Positions 9,488 to 19,353 are shown, counted from the first letter of the stretch. The stretch: DNA of 64,000 nucleotides from Eubacteriales bacterium (GCA_045658965.1 JAZOVZ010000050.1:1824-65823), one strand, 5' to 3'. The notes: a model not told the origin generated them from the letters alone. Program-made: numbers and translations.

Positions 9488-12400
9488 TTACCATTCAATC
9501 TCGGCTAAGATCAATCCGTTTCCAAGCGGAATGCGAATGACCGAGCCCTCGGGGGCTTGAACGGTTGTTACGTGTGAAAGCTCAACTTGCTTGATCTGTT
9601 GGCCTGAAGCGTCCAGCACCGTGGCTGTCAGTCCGTTTTCGGGCAGGCACAGCGCGATCAGCGTGACGATTTCACTTTCGCCAATGATGACGTCAAGGCT
9701 GTGACCGTTGGCTTTTTGCTCGTCGGGGGCAAAGAAGGAGACGTACAGACCGTCTGTCAAAGAAAGAAGGTCGGTGCGGGGAACGAAATCAGCATCCAAC
9801 TGCAAAAGGGGAGAAACGTGATCCTCGCTGAGCGCCGTGAATTCGGAAACCGTGACCCAACTGGTCTGATTTTTGGTCACGTTGACACGCACGTAGCGCG
9901 CCTGGATATTTACGTCAAGCTCGGTGTCTCGTTGGCTGATGGTGCAAAGTTTCGTCCAGCTTTGTCCGTCAACGGAGTAGCACAGCTCGCCGCCCTCTAC
10001 GTAGTCTGTTGCGTGGTCGGGCACACCGGTCTTGAAGGTGATATGGGAGACCGCGGTCACAGTGCCAAGATCGATCTCGAAGTAATCGCCTGCCTGTGCC
10101 CCACGGGAGGACCAGAAATAGGTGTTTGGATCGCCATCCTTCATAAATTCGGGGAAATAAGTTGAATACGTGGGCAGGGAGGTGGTCCAGGTGGGCGCGC
10201 CTGAGGGCGTGTCACTGACCACGGTGCGGTTGGTATTGACCTCGAAGGAGCAGATTTTCGTCCAGGCGCCGTCGTTTTTGTCAGCGCTTCTGACGCGCAC
10301 GTAGCGAGCCTTGATGGCAAGATCCGGGATCAGAACCTCGTCGGCGCACGAGCCCTCGTAAAGCGTCGTCCAGCTCTCGGCATCGGTGGAGTATTCCACA
10401 ATGCCCTTATGCAGCGCGTCGCTGCCCGCAACGCCTGTGGCGATATATACGTTTTCGACGTCAATCACGCTGCCGAGGTCCACGCCGAAGTAGCCTGTTT
10501 TATTACCTGCGGCGGTATTGAGGTTGCCCTGCGTCCAGAAGAAGGTGGAGTCGTCGCCGTCGGTCATCAGATCGGGCGTGTAGTTTTCGTAGTGGTTACA
10601 GTTGGTATAAGGGGTAGCGGGTGCGCAGCTCAGACCCTCGGTCTGACCGAGCAGCAGCGAAAAACGGCTGTTCAGGGTCGCATAAAAGGTGGTCAGCACA
10701 GAGGCGGATACCAATCTCGGATTCTTGCCAATGCTCATTTCCAGCGTTTTGTATTCTCCTAAAAGGCCGAGCATCGTATCCAAATCCTTGCCCGCGGCGT
10801 AAGCCTCCTCCATTTCAATATAAAGAACGCCCATTTGACCGTATACGCGATATTTTTCCAACCATTCGTTGATTTCTGCAACCAACTTTTGATTTTTCGA
10901 GGCGGAGATGGTTTGGGCGTTGCGGATCATGTCCTCGAAATAGGACTTGAGGGCGGCACGGGTCTCGGGAGTGTTGTTTTTCTTAAAGGCGTTCAGCAGG
11001 GTCTGCAGCTCTTCGCTGTCGGTGTTTTTGTTGATGCCGGAAGCACAAGTCATGGAGATAAAGTCCGAAAGTGCCTCATGGGCATCCGGCATGAGCGCCT
11101 TGCAAGCGGCAACGAGTGAGGTCTCCGGATCGTACGCCTCAGGATTCCAAAGGTAGTCGCCCGTGGTGAAAAGGGGCACCATGGAGGCGTATCCTTGGTT
11201 CATGGGGTTGGCAGTGAGTCCCGTGATGGACTTGTACAGATCTGCTTCAAGATTGACGCAAGGACCCATGAACAGGTGGTTGGCAAGCGTATCGTTGACG
11301 GGATAATTCCACCAGATCAGTACGTTACGGTTGTATGTTTTGATGATATGCTGGAGCGATTGGTTGGTGATGGACTCGGGAATGACACCGGGCCCCGTCC
11401 ACATCAGCACCACGTCCTCGTGGATCAGCGGAGCGATCTGATTGGTGTAGTCTGTCAAGAAGGGGTCACCGTACTCGGTGGTAATGGCGATCAGATCGCT
11501 GACGTCCTCGTGCGTCATGACAAAGCGGGTCTGGAAGTCGGAGAGCAGCTTGCCGTGCCCCTTTGCGTCTAGCGTGGGGATATCGTCCAAGAAAATGGCG
11601 AAATCACGCACGCCGAGATCGTACATTTGCTGGCACTTGGCCATCAGCTTCTCGAAATCTGCCTCGTAGCCGCTACCGAGATTGATATCGCCACCGGGGG
11701 AAAGGGCGTAGATAAACTTTACGTAATTTTCGTTGGCGGTGTTGATCAGATCGGTCATGCGCTCCAGCTCCGTGCCGGTGTAAAGCGCGCGCCATTGTGC
11801 GCGATGCTTGGCGTCATCCTTGGGCGCGTAGATGTAAGCGTTCATTTTGTTCTGACCCATGAATACAAAGAGATCCTTGCGGTATTCGTGTGTCCAGGCC
11901 GTGCCGTAAAAGCCCTCGATCACGCCGCGGATGGCGTTGCGGGGCGCGTCCTTGATGGTAACAATGGGAAGATCCTCGCTTAGCTGTGCGAGTTGAGAGA
12001 GCGTCATGAAGGCGTAGTGCACGCCGCGATCGGTTTGTGCCTCGATCAAAATTTCATTGCCGGTTACCTTTATAATATATGCCTCGTCTGCACCGTATTC
12101 GAAATCGGCGCTCAGGTCGCGCAGAGTCACAGTCAGGGGCGCACCGTCCTCGCTTACGGTAAAGCCCGCTGCGGCGAGAAGGTCTGTGTATTTCGCGGCC
12201 TTGTCGTTGAGCTTGATCGTCTTGCTTTGCTGACTTTCCATGTAAACAATATCCATAGGCTGGGGGTAAATATCCATTTGCGCTTTCTCCCCGGGGGTGG
12301 CCTGGTCGGACTGCGTGGTATCCTCGGTATCTACGGGTTCCTCGGTGCCGGACTCGGTTTCTGTCTCGATATCCGGTGCTTCTGTATCCTCGCTTTCAAG

Positions 12401-12535
12401 GAACGTTTCCGTATCATTGGGTGGGTTTTCGCTTGGAGGCTGCTCACGGGTACAAGCAGTCAGGCAAAGTACCAGGATGCCGATCATCACGATGAATGCC
12501 GGCAGGCAGTAAGGTTTCCGATTCATGCGTTTCAT
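9488..12535 (-). CDS. GH84-family beta-N-acetylglucosaminidase (O-GlcNAcase/NagJ-like) lipoprotein with two F5/8-type-C (CBM32-like) modules
   Basis: The translation has IRGVIEGFYGTAWTHEYRKDL...KMNAYIYAPKDD and the catalytic FAIFLDDIP (DD pair). Two discoidin-like repeats (DGDxxTFFW/YFW...ARYVRV) and a lipobox LTAC are present. The start is ambiguous: Met codons occur at 12583, 12550, 12535 and 12526. Confidence 0.85.
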   Translation of the reverse strand: MKRMNRKPYCLPAFIVMIGILVLCLTACTREQPPSENPPNDTETFLESEDTEAPDIETETESGTEEPVDTEDTTQSDQATPGEKAQMDIYPQPMDIVYMESQQSKTIKLNDKAAKYTDLLAAAGFTVSEDGAPLTVTLRDLSADFEYGADEAYIIKVTGNEILIEAQTDRGVHYAFMTLSQLAQLSEDLPIVTIKDAPRNAIRGVIEGFYGTAWTHEYRKDLFVFMGQNKMNAYIYAPKDDAKHRAQWRALYTGTELERMTDLINTANENYVKFIYALSPGGDINLGSGYEADFEKLMAKCQQMYDLGVRDFAIFLDDIPTLDAKGHGKLLSDFQTRFVMTHEDVSDLIAITTEYGDPFLTDYTNQIAPLIHEDVVLMWTGPGVIPESITNQSLQHIIKTYNRNVLIWWNYPVNDTLANHLFMGPCVNLEADLYKSITGLTANPMNQGYASMVPLFTTGDYLWNPEAYDPETSLVAACKALMPDAHEALSDFISMTCASGINKNTDSEELQTLLNAFKKNNTPETRAALKSYFEDMIRNAQTISASKNQKLVAEINEWLEKYRVYGQMGVLYIEMEEAYAAGKDLDTMLGLLGEYKTLEMSIGKNPRLVSASVLTTFYATLNSRFSLLLGQTEGLSCAPATPYTNCNHYENYTPDLMTDGDDSTFFWTQGNLNTAAGNKTGYFGVDLGSVIDVENVYIATGVAGSDALHKGIVEYSTDAESWTTLYEGSCADEVLIPDLAIKARYVRVRSADKNDGAWTKICSFEVNTNRTVVSDTPSGAPTWTTSLPTYSTYFPEFMKDGDPNTYFWSSRGAQAGDYFEIDLGTVTAVSHITFKTGVPDHATDYVEGGELCYSVDGQSWTKLCTISQRDTELDVNIQARYVRVNVTKNQTSWVTVSEFTALSEDHVSPLLQLDADFVPRTDLLSLTDGLYVSFFAPDEQKANGHSLDVIIGESEIVTLIALCLPENGLTATVLDASGQQIKQVELSHVTTVQAPEGSVIRIPLGNGLILAEIEW

Positions 12536-12572
12536 AATGTAGCCTTTCATATTTTTGTATTTTTTGAGTGAA

Positions 12573-13490
12573 TTAAGGAGCATTTACTGATTCTTTTCGA
12601 TAAACAAACGGCGTCATGCCCACGTGTGTGCGGAAAAAGCGGTAAAAGGACGGCACGTCCCGAAATCCGCATGCGCAGCATATTTGCTCGTTTGTCATAT
12701 TGGTTTCTCTGAGCAATCGCCGCGCTTCCTCCAAGCGAACGCTTGCGACGTATTCGGAGAAGCTCAGCCCCGTTACCTGCTTGAAAACGTAACTGAGATG
12801 AGATTTGCTGAGAAATACCGTTTCGGCAATGCTTTCCAGGGTCATTGCAGGGTCACTATACCGTTCCAGCACCTCGCACATCACGGTCAAGGCAATCTGG
12901 CGATTGCGAAGCTTGGGAACGGTTTTGTCGTTGGCTGTTTCGATTTTTCCGACGATACGGCGACTGCACATGATCAGAATGTCCAGCAAGTGAGCTTTGA
13001 CGGACGTTTCCCATTCCAATTCTTTACGAACCTGCTCCTTTTCGATACGATCCATGATGCGCCCGACTTCCTCTTGAAAGCCGGGATTCAAGAAAATATG
13101 CGAAATCATCGGGTCTTCGCGAAACAACCCGCAGCAATACCTTGGGCTTTCGGGAGCGGAGAGCTCTGCGTCTAAAATATCCGACGGATCAAAGATCAGA
13201 TTCCGGACCACCAGAGTGTCGCCTTTTTCCTTAATAAAGTACGCATGTGGTGCACCGGTGTTGATGACGTATACGTCACCGGGGGCGCATGCCCTCAGAT
13301 CGTTGAGCGTGCGGTGATATCCTTCCCCCGAGATGACCATGCTGAGTTCAACGAAATCGTGGATGTGCATGTGCGGAAACGCGGTCTCGGGCTTAAATAA
13401 CGTATCGCTGTAGGCTTGATTGACAAACACCGGGCGGTCGCTTAAAAAGTTTTCTTTGCGCAAATGTCCATATTTGGATGGTGCGTCCAT
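12573..13490 (-). CDS. AraC-family transcriptional regulator (cupin sensor + HTH)
   Basis: The C-terminus has the AraC-type double HTH (KSHLSYVFKQVTGLSFSEYV...GFRDVPSFYRFFR). The N-terminus is cupin-like. Confidence 0.88.
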   Translation of the reverse strand: MDAPSKYGHLRKENFLSDRPVFVNQAYSDTLFKPETAFPHMHIHDFVELSMVISGEGYHRTLNDLRACAPGDVYVINTGAPHAYFIKEKGDTLVVRNLIFDPSDILDAELSAPESPRYCCGLFREDPMISHIFLNPGFQEEVGRIMDRIEKEQVRKELEWETSVKAHLLDILIMCSRRIVGKIETANDKTVPKLRNRQIALTVMCEVLERYSDPAMTLESIAETVFLSKSHLSYVFKQVTGLSFSEYVASVRLEEARRLLRETNMTNEQICCACGFRDVPSFYRFFRTHVGMTPFVYRKESVNAP

Positions 13491-13633
13491 GTTCTCTCCT
13501 TTACAGACAACTCGTGTCGCGTATGTTATAAATCATATTATACCATACTTAAATATGAAAATAAATACTTGTTTCAATGGTTTTTGGGGGCAAAACGCGA
13601 ACAAAACCACATAATCGGGACTTTACTTGTCTA

Positions 13634-13668
13634 AATAAAAAGGAGCCAATCTATAAGGATTGACTCCT
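13634..13668 (-). terminator. rho-independent terminator after the YafY-like regulator gene
   Basis: The stem aggagtcaatc/gattggctcct is followed by ttttatt on the minus strand. Confidence 0.7.
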
Positions 13669-13673
13669 GAAAA

Positions 13674-14231
13674 TTATTCGTCTGAATCAATGGATTTATT
13701 TGCCTTGAGCACGCGCTCTGCCATGCCGATCAATCTCTCTCGCAGCCAGTAGGGGCTCATAATGCGGATAGGGGAATCAAGCGCCATGATCACGCTCAGA
13801 AAACGCTCGACGTTGTGGAACTCGCATACGTATCTGTTGCGCGATTCCTTGGAAATGATGAAGGAGCGCAGCTCCAGCACCGAAAGCTTGTCCGGAATCT
13901 CAACCACGGCAGTGTAGGGCATCTGCATCTGAATGACCGAGCTGTCTGCAGCAAAGTCTTCATTATTATATATAGAAGAAACTACGCCCATGTAAGACTC
14001 GTCGTTGTCCGAGGTCAGCAGCACCGGGAGCGAGAAATCGGTGGTGTAGTAAAAGCCCTTGTGCTCTGCATCGTACTCAATGGGGGCACCCAGCTGCTTG
14101 CGCAAAAAGTCCACGTCACGCTGCGCCTGTCGGTGAGAAACGTTGAAACGCTCGGCAAGGCGCATGGCGTTGGGGTAGCTGTATTCAGTTATTTTCTTGT
14201 GTAGCCATTGGATCCTGTTGTTGGCAGCCAT
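13674..14231 (-). CDS. short YafY-like HTH transcriptional regulator (HTH + C-terminal WCX-like segment, WYL region abbreviated)
   Basis: The N-terminus NAMRLAERFNVSHRQAQRDVDFLRKQLGAPIEYDAEHKGFYY matches the YafY/DeoR-type HTH pattern. The C-terminus ends ..IMSPYWLRERL, as in YafY-family tails. The product is only 185 aa. Confidence 0.55.
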   Translation of the reverse strand: MAANNRIQWLHKKITEYSYPNAMRLAERFNVSHRQAQRDVDFLRKQLGAPIEYDAEHKGFYYTTDFSLPVLLTSDNDESYMGVVSSIYNNEDFAADSSVIQMQMPYTAVVEIPDKLSVLELRSFIISKESRNRYVCEFHNVERFLSVIMALDSPIRIMSPYWLRERLIGMAERVLKANKSIDSDE

Positions 14232-15099
14232 CGTCTTGCTCCTTTCCTTGCAATTGTTCGGGGGTAGAGGGGTTGCAGTATCTGCAGAAGGTTATCAGTC
14301 TGTATGCGATATAAATACCGTTACACAGGCAGAGCAGGGAAAAACCGAGAATGCGCGTGCCGTGCACGGCATTTTGAAGATTAAACAGCACTTGGAAAGC
14401 ACCCGTAATCGCGCAGGCGTTTGCGAAGAGTGCGATGCTTGCGCTTGCCAGATATCTGCGCGGCTGCGCTTTGCATAAAAGGCAGCGCATTTCTGCGGTC
14501 AGGAAAACCATCGTGGCGATAAATGCCAACTGCAGCGCGATCTTGGCGGGCGCGTTCATGTGGTGGTCCTGCTCGAAATAGGTCAGACCGCAAAGGCCTG
14601 TCATCAGCGCGACGGGACCAATGCCGACAACGACCGAAATGCTTTCCGTGCTCTGCGCGTTGACGGTGCGGAGCGCGTAATATGCTACGCTCATCACCAC
14701 GCCCAGCGCAACCAGAAGCGCGCAGACCGTGGACGTTCCGAACGGCTTTTCGTGTGCAAGCAGGGCGGCGATCTCATCGGGGCCGAAATAGGTCAGAGAG
14801 AGGATGCCTGCGCCGAGCGTACCGATGATGGGAAGGGCGGCGACGAGGCAGGGCTTGCCGCGCATGAAGTTGTCGGTGGGTAATGCGTTTTTGGGGATCA
14901 GTATGAATGCGGTCGCAAACCAAACGATCGACGCCAATGCAAGCGCGTTGGCAAGCATGGGGAGCGGATGCCCCGGAATGAAGTAATCCGTGCCGTCACC
15001 GGCGGCGAGATATGAGAGCAGGTATAACGCAAAGCCGACTGCGCTCAGAATCAGCGCGGTCGAGCGATAGACCTTGACTTTAGAGCCTTGAAAATCCAT
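14185..15099 (-). CDS. polytopic membrane protein of unknown function (about 8 TM)
   Basis: ATG 15099 (MDFQGSKV..) follows the SD gggag. Hydrophobic segments run throughout the protein. The 3' end overlaps the regulator start by 47 nt. Confidence 0.6.
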   Translation of the reverse strand: MDFQGSKVKVYRSTALILSAVGFALYLLSYLAAGDGTDYFIPGHPLPMLANALALASIVWFATAFILIPKNALPTDNFMRGKPCLVAALPIIGTLGAGILSLTYFGPDEIAALLAHEKPFGTSTVCALLVALGVVMSVAYYALRTVNAQSTESISVVVGIGPVALMTGLCGLTYFEQDHHMNAPAKIALQLAFIATMVFLTAEMRCLLCKAQPRRYLASASIALFANACAITGAFQVLFNLQNAVHGTRILGFSLLCLCNGIYIAYRLITFCRYCNPSTPEQLQGKEQDDGCQQQDPMATQENN

Positions 15100-15405
15100 T
15101 GTATTTAACTCCCGGACGAGGGGAGCCCTCCGATAAACAAAAATATACATATATATTATATAGGATAATTATGAACAAACCGTAACCAAAACAAAGAAAT
15201 CGGGAATTATTTTCTCTCTTTTATCAAAATGCACAAAAAAGCACCGAACGGGAGGTCAGTGAGGGCGGTGTGTGCAACGTTTATGTGCGCGTACGGGGTG
15301 CGAAATAGGCGGAATACACCGAAAAAACACGCGAAATTGTATATAGTGCACAAATACATGCTGAAAAATTCGTTAAAAATCGTCATGAAAAAAATAAAAA
15401 AACTA

Positions 15406-15434
15406 TTGCAATTTTGGAATGAATGTTGTATAAT
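15406..15434 (+). promoter_or_regulatory. sigma-A-type promoter upstream of the S10 operon
   Basis: TTGCAA, a 17-nt spacer, then TATAAT, located 373 nt upstream of the rpsJ ATG. Confidence 0.65.
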
Positions 15435-15601
15435 GATAGGGCTTGATATGCGATGAAGCGAGAGGTTGCTTCGAGGGGACGCCCTCGAAGGTAATTTTCG
15501 CGGAGTATGTCCGAGAATCGGGCGAAGGTATATCTCTTTCATACACGGTGCAACATGCGGCATAGTGTTGCTCCTGGGTTTCAATTTACTAACGGTACTA
15601 T

Positions 15602-15647
15602 GGAGTTTGTTTGGCGCAGATGCTGATGCGAGAACAAATCCTTTTTT
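15602..15647 (+). terminator. intrinsic-terminator-like hairpin inside the S10 leader (candidate attenuator)
   Basis: The structure is gga-tttgtt...cgca(gatgctga)tgcg...aacaaa-tcc followed by TTTTTT. It lies 160 nt upstream of rpsJ. Confidence 0.55.
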
Positions 15648-15806
15648 ATCGGGTGCAAAAAGAAACACACGGAGCGGTGTTAGAGATTCGCCCCACTTTA
15701 ACAAATCGCGAACCGAGCAGCAAGGCTTCCATTAATATATACGCGTGCGTATAGAACGGTGGAACGGCGGCAAGGAGAGCGAAATCTTAAAAGGAGGCAA
15801 AAACAA

Positions 15807-16118
15807 ATGGCAGTAAAGGAAAAGATCAGAGTTCGTCTGAAGAGCTACGACCACACCCTTATCGATACCGCAGCTGAGAAGATCGTCAAGGTTGCTAAGG
15901 ATAACGGTTCCCAGGTTTCCGGTCCTATCCCGCTTCCCACTGAGAAGGAGATCATCACGATCCTCCGCGCAGTGCACAAGTACAAGGATAGCCGTGAGCA
16001 GTTCGAAATGCGCACTCACAAGAGACTGATCGATATCATGAAGCCGTCTGCAAAGACCATTGACGCGCTGATGAACATCGAGCTCCCCGCAGGCGTTGAG
16101 ATCGAGGTTAAGCTGTAA
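15807..16118 (+). CDS. rpsJ: 30S ribosomal protein S10
   Basis: The translation starts [20 protein letters not shown]. The SD aaaggagg is upstream. Confidence 0.97.
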   Translation: MAVKEKIRVRLKSYDHTLIDTAAEKIVKVAKDNGSQVSGPIPLPTEKEIITILRAVHKYKDSREQFEMRTHKRLIDIMKPSAKTIDALMNIELPAGVEIEVKL

Positions 16119-16262
16119 GGCTTATATCAAGCACCGCGATATCAAGACTTGCAAAACAAAGATAACAGCCGACGAAGAAAGAAACTTCGGCTCGGTAACT
16201 TTGTAAATCACGTCGGTCCAACCGCATCGGCGACCGACCAATAATTTACAGGAGGAAAGAAA

Positions 16263-16892
16263 ATGAAAAAGGGTATTATCGGTAAGAAAATCGGTATGAC
16301 TCAGGTATTCGACGAGAACGGCAACGTAACTCCCGTCACTCTCGTTGAATGCGGTCCGTGCGTAGTAGCACAGAAGAAAACCAAAGAGAATGACGGTTAC
16401 GAAGCTATCCAGCTTGGTTTCAAGGATGCAAAGGAAAAGCACCTGACCAAGGCTGAGCAGGGTCATTTCAACAAGGCAGGCGTTGCCTACAAGAGATACC
16501 TCAAGGAATTCCGTCTGGCTGATTGCTCCGCTTACAACGTAGGCGACGTCATTACAGCCGATACCTTCGCCGCAGGCGAGAAGGTCGACGTAACAGGTAT
16601 GACGAAGGGTCACGGTTACACCGGTGCGATCAAGAGATGGAACCAGCACAAGCTGCAGGCAACTCACGGCGTAGGTCCTATCCACCGCCAGTCCGGTTCT
16701 ATGGGCGTTATCGACCCCGCTAGAATCTTCAAGAACAAGCACATGGCCGGCCAGTACGGTAATGAGCAGGTCACCGTTCTCAATCTCAAAGTAGTAAAGA
16801 TCGATAGCGAAAGAAATCTGATCGCCATCAAGGGCGCTATTCCCGGCGCTAAGGACGGCATCGTCTTCATTCGTGACTCGGTAAAAGCATAA
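16263..16892 (+). CDS. rplC: 50S ribosomal protein L3
   Basis: The translation reads [20 protein letters not shown].... Confidence 0.97.
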   Translation: MKKGIIGKKIGMTQVFDENGNVTPVTLVECGPCVVAQKKTKENDGYEAIQLGFKDAKEKHLTKAEQGHFNKAGVAYKRYLKEFRLADCSAYNVGDVITADTFAAGEKVDVTGMTKGHGYTGAIKRWNQHKLQATHGVGPIHRQSGSMGVIDPARIFKNKHMAGQYGNEQVTVLNLKVVKIDSERNLIAIKGAIPGAKDGIVFIRDSVKA

Positions 16893-16911
16893 GAAAAGGA
16901 GGAACTAAATA

Positions 16912-17535
16912 ATGCCGCAGGTAAAAGTTTATAACATGGCCGGCAGCGAAGTCGGCACGATGGATCTGTCCGAAGTTATTTTCGGCGCAGACGTTAACGG
17001 CGCAGTCCTCCATGCTGCAGTCAGAGCATATCTGCTCAACCAGAGACAGGGCACCCAGTCCACTCTGACCCGCACCGAGGTTTCCGGTGGCGGTAAGAAG
17101 CCCTGGAGACAGAAGGGCACCGGTCGCGCAAGACAGGGCTCCACTCGTTCTCCTCAGTGGACTCACGGTGGCGTAGCACTCGGCCCGAAGCCCAGAAGCT
17201 ACCGCACCGCAATGAACAGAAAGACCAAGAGAATTGCACTGTACAGCGCTCTGTCCGCTAAGGTTGCTGAGGGTAACCTGATCGTGGTAGACGACATCAA
17301 GTGCGAGGGCTTTAAGACCAAGACCATGGCAACCATGCTGCACAAGCTGGGTGCTGACACCAAGACCATCGTGGTTCTGCCCGAGGTTGATCAGTTCATC
17401 ATCAAGAGCTGCGCAAACATTCCCGGTGTTGTTACCGCTCAGTACAACAACCTGAACGTTTACGACATTCTGAACGCTAACAAGTTTGTCGTTACCGCTG
17501 CAGCAGTCAAGATGCTCGAGGAGGTATACGCATAA
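16912..17535 (+). CDS. rplD: 50S ribosomal protein L4
   Basis: The translation reads [15 protein letters not shown]...[15 protein letters not shown]. Confidence 0.97.
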   Translation: MPQVKVYNMAGSEVGTMDLSEVIFGADVNGAVLHAAVRAYLLNQRQGTQSTLTRTEVSGGGKKPWRQKGTGRARQGSTRSPQWTHGGVALGPKPRSYRTAMNRKTKRIALYSALSAKVAEGNLIVVDDIKCEGFKTKTMATMLHKLGADTKTIVVLPEVDQFIIKSCANIPGVVTAQYNNLNVYDILNANKFVVTAAAVKMLEEVYA

Positions 17536-17831
17536 TGAAAATGATTCAGGATATCATCATTAAGCCCATTATCACGGAAGCGAGCATGGACGGCATGGCA
17601 GACAGAAAGTACGCATTCAAGGTACTCAAGTCCGCAACCAAGCCCGAGATTGCAAACGCTGTTGAGACCATGTTCAAGGGCGTTAAGGTGGCAGACGTAA
17701 ACACCATCAACATGAAGAGCAAGCCCAAGAGACTCGGCGTTCATGCAGGTCGCACCGCAACCTGGAAGAAGGCAATCGTAACTCTGACGGCTGATTCCAA
17801 GGCCATCGAGTTCTTCGAAGGTCTGAACTGA
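17535..17831 (+). CDS. rplW: 50S ribosomal protein L23
   Basis: The translation has [11 protein letters not shown]...[11 protein letters not shown]. Its position between L4 and L2 fits. Confidence 0.95.
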   Translation: MKMIQDIIIKPIITEASMDGMADRKYAFKVLKSATKPEIANAVETMFKGVKVADVNTINMKSKPKRLGVHAGRTATWKKAIVTLTADSKAIEFFEGLN

Positions 17832-17848
17832 GAAGGAGGTCGAATTAA

Positions 17849-18682
17849 ATGGCAACGATTAAGTATAATCCTACGACGCCCTCTCGCAGACACATGTCCG
17901 TTACGGACTATAAGGCTGTTCTGACCAAGAGCACCCCCGAGAAGAGCCTCGTTGTTACCAAGAAGAAGCACGCAGGTCGTAACTCTTACGGCCGCATCAC
18001 CGTTCGTCACAGAGGCGGCGGTAACAAGATCAAGTACAGAATTATCGATTTCAAGAGAGCAGACGCTTCTGCTAACACCGTAATCGGTATCGAGTACGAC
18101 CCCAACAGAACCGCGTTCATCGCTCTGCTCGAGAACGAGGCTGGCGTCAGAAGCTACATCATCGCTCCTGAAGGCCTGAAGGTTGGTGACGTTGTTTACT
18201 CCGGCGCTGACGCTGATATCAAGCCCGGCAACACTCTGCCTATCGCTAATATCCCCGTTGGTACCATGATCAACAACATCGAGCTGTACCCCGGTAAGGG
18301 TTCTCAGCTGGTTCGTGCAGCAGGCGTTTTCGCACAGCTGATCGCTAAGGAAAACGGCGTTGCACAGGTACGTCTTCCCTCCGGTGAAGTTCGTATCGTT
18401 CGTCTGGACTGCAAGGCAACCATCGGTCAGATCGGTAACACCGACCACGACACCGTTAAGGTTGGTAAGGCTGGTAAGACCAGACACAAGGGCATTCGTC
18501 CTACCGTCCGCGGTTCTGTCATGAACCCCTGCGACCACCCGCACGGTGGTGGTGAAGGTAGATCTCCTATCGGTCGTCCTTCTCCTGTTACACCTTGGGG
18601 TAAGCCTGCTCTGGGTTACAAGACCCGTAATAAGAAGGCGCGCACCGACAAGTTCATTGTGAAGCGCAGAAATGCTAAGTAA
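17849..18682 (+). CDS. rplB: 50S ribosomal protein L2
   Basis: The translation has ..[18 protein letters not shown]...[14 protein letters not shown]. Confidence 0.97.
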   Translation: MATIKYNPTTPSRRHMSVTDYKAVLTKSTPEKSLVVTKKKHAGRNSYGRITVRHRGGGNKIKYRIIDFKRADASANTVIGIEYDPNRTAFIALLENEAGVRSYIIAPEGLKVGDVVYSGADADIKPGNTLPIANIPVGTMINNIELYPGKGSQLVRAAGVFAQLIAKENGVAQVRLPSGEVRIVRLDCKATIGQIGNTDHDTVKVGKAGKTRHKGIRPTVRGSVMNPCDHPHGGGEGRSPIGRPSPVTPWGKPALGYKTRNKKARTDKFIVKRRNAK

Positions 18683-18696
18683 GGAGGGAATATAAC

Positions 18697-18978
18697 ATGA
18701 GCAGAAGTTTGAAAAAAGCACCTTTCGTAGAAGAAAAGCTCTACGCGCGCATCTGTGCCATGAATGAGAACGGCTCCAAGCACGTGCTCAAGACCTGGTC
18801 TCGCGCATCTACCATATTCCCGGAATTCGTCGGTCACACCATTGCCGTTCATGACGGTAAGAAGCACGTTCCGGTATATGTAACTGAAGATATGGTCGGC
18901 CACAAGCTGGGTGAGTTCGCTCCCACCAGAACCTTCAAGGGTCACGCCGGCTCCAAGACATCCAACAACGGTAAGTAA
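18697..18978 (+). CDS. rpsS: 30S ribosomal protein S19
   Basis: The translation reads [15 protein letters not shown]...[27 protein letters not shown]. Confidence 0.97.
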   Translation: MSRSLKKAPFVEEKLYARICAMNENGSKHVLKTWSRASTIFPEFVGHTIAVHDGKKHVPVYVTEDMVGHKLGEFAPTRTFKGHAGSKTSNNGK

Positions 18979-19000
18979 TACAAGGGGAGGATATTGAATA

Positions 19001-19336
19001 ATGCAAGCAGTAGCTTATCTGAAATATGCAAGAATTTCCCCGCGTAAGGTCAAGATCGTTCTCGACCTCATCAGAGGTAAGGATGCAGGAACCGCAATGG
19101 CAATCCTGAAGAACACCCCCAAGGGTGCATCTGAGTACCTGATCAAACTGCTGGGAAGCGCAATCGCAAATGCGGAAAACAATTTCCACATGGACGTAAC
19201 CAAGCTTTACGTTTCTGAATGCTTCGTAACCCCGGGCCCCACTCTCAAGAGAATTATGCCCCGCGCAAAGGGTTCCGCAGACAGAATCAACAAGAGAACC
19301 AGCCACGTAACCATCGTGGTTAAGGAAAGAGACTAA
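19001..19336 (+). CDS. rplV: 50S ribosomal protein L22
   Basis: The translation has ..[18 protein letters not shown]... Confidence 0.96.
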   Translation: MQAVAYLKYARISPRKVKIVLDLIRGKDAGTAMAILKNTPKGASEYLIKLLGSAIANAENNFHMDVTKLYVSECFVTPGPTLKRIMPRAKGSADRINKRTSHVTIVVKERD

Positions 19337-19353
19337 GAAAGGAGACAAGAGTA

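Noticed and set aside
15474-15650. A tmRNA, 6S or SRP-like RNA gene in the region upstream of rpsJ. The stretch starts ggggacgccctcgaagg, reminiscent of a tmRNA 5' end.
   Set aside because: There is no tRNA-like 3' end (no GGTTCGAATCC / ...CCA acceptor pairing) and no tag reading frame. I could find no SRP domain-IV motif and no 6S-type end-to-end rod. I kept it only as an unclassified leader or sRNA candidate.
15207-15704. ORFs in the rpsJ upstream region: 165 aa on the minus strand, plus 75 aa and 89 aa on the plus strand.
   Set aside because: They have no SD sequences and odd composition. They overlap the promoter, hairpins and terminator described for the S10 leader, so they are most likely non-coding.
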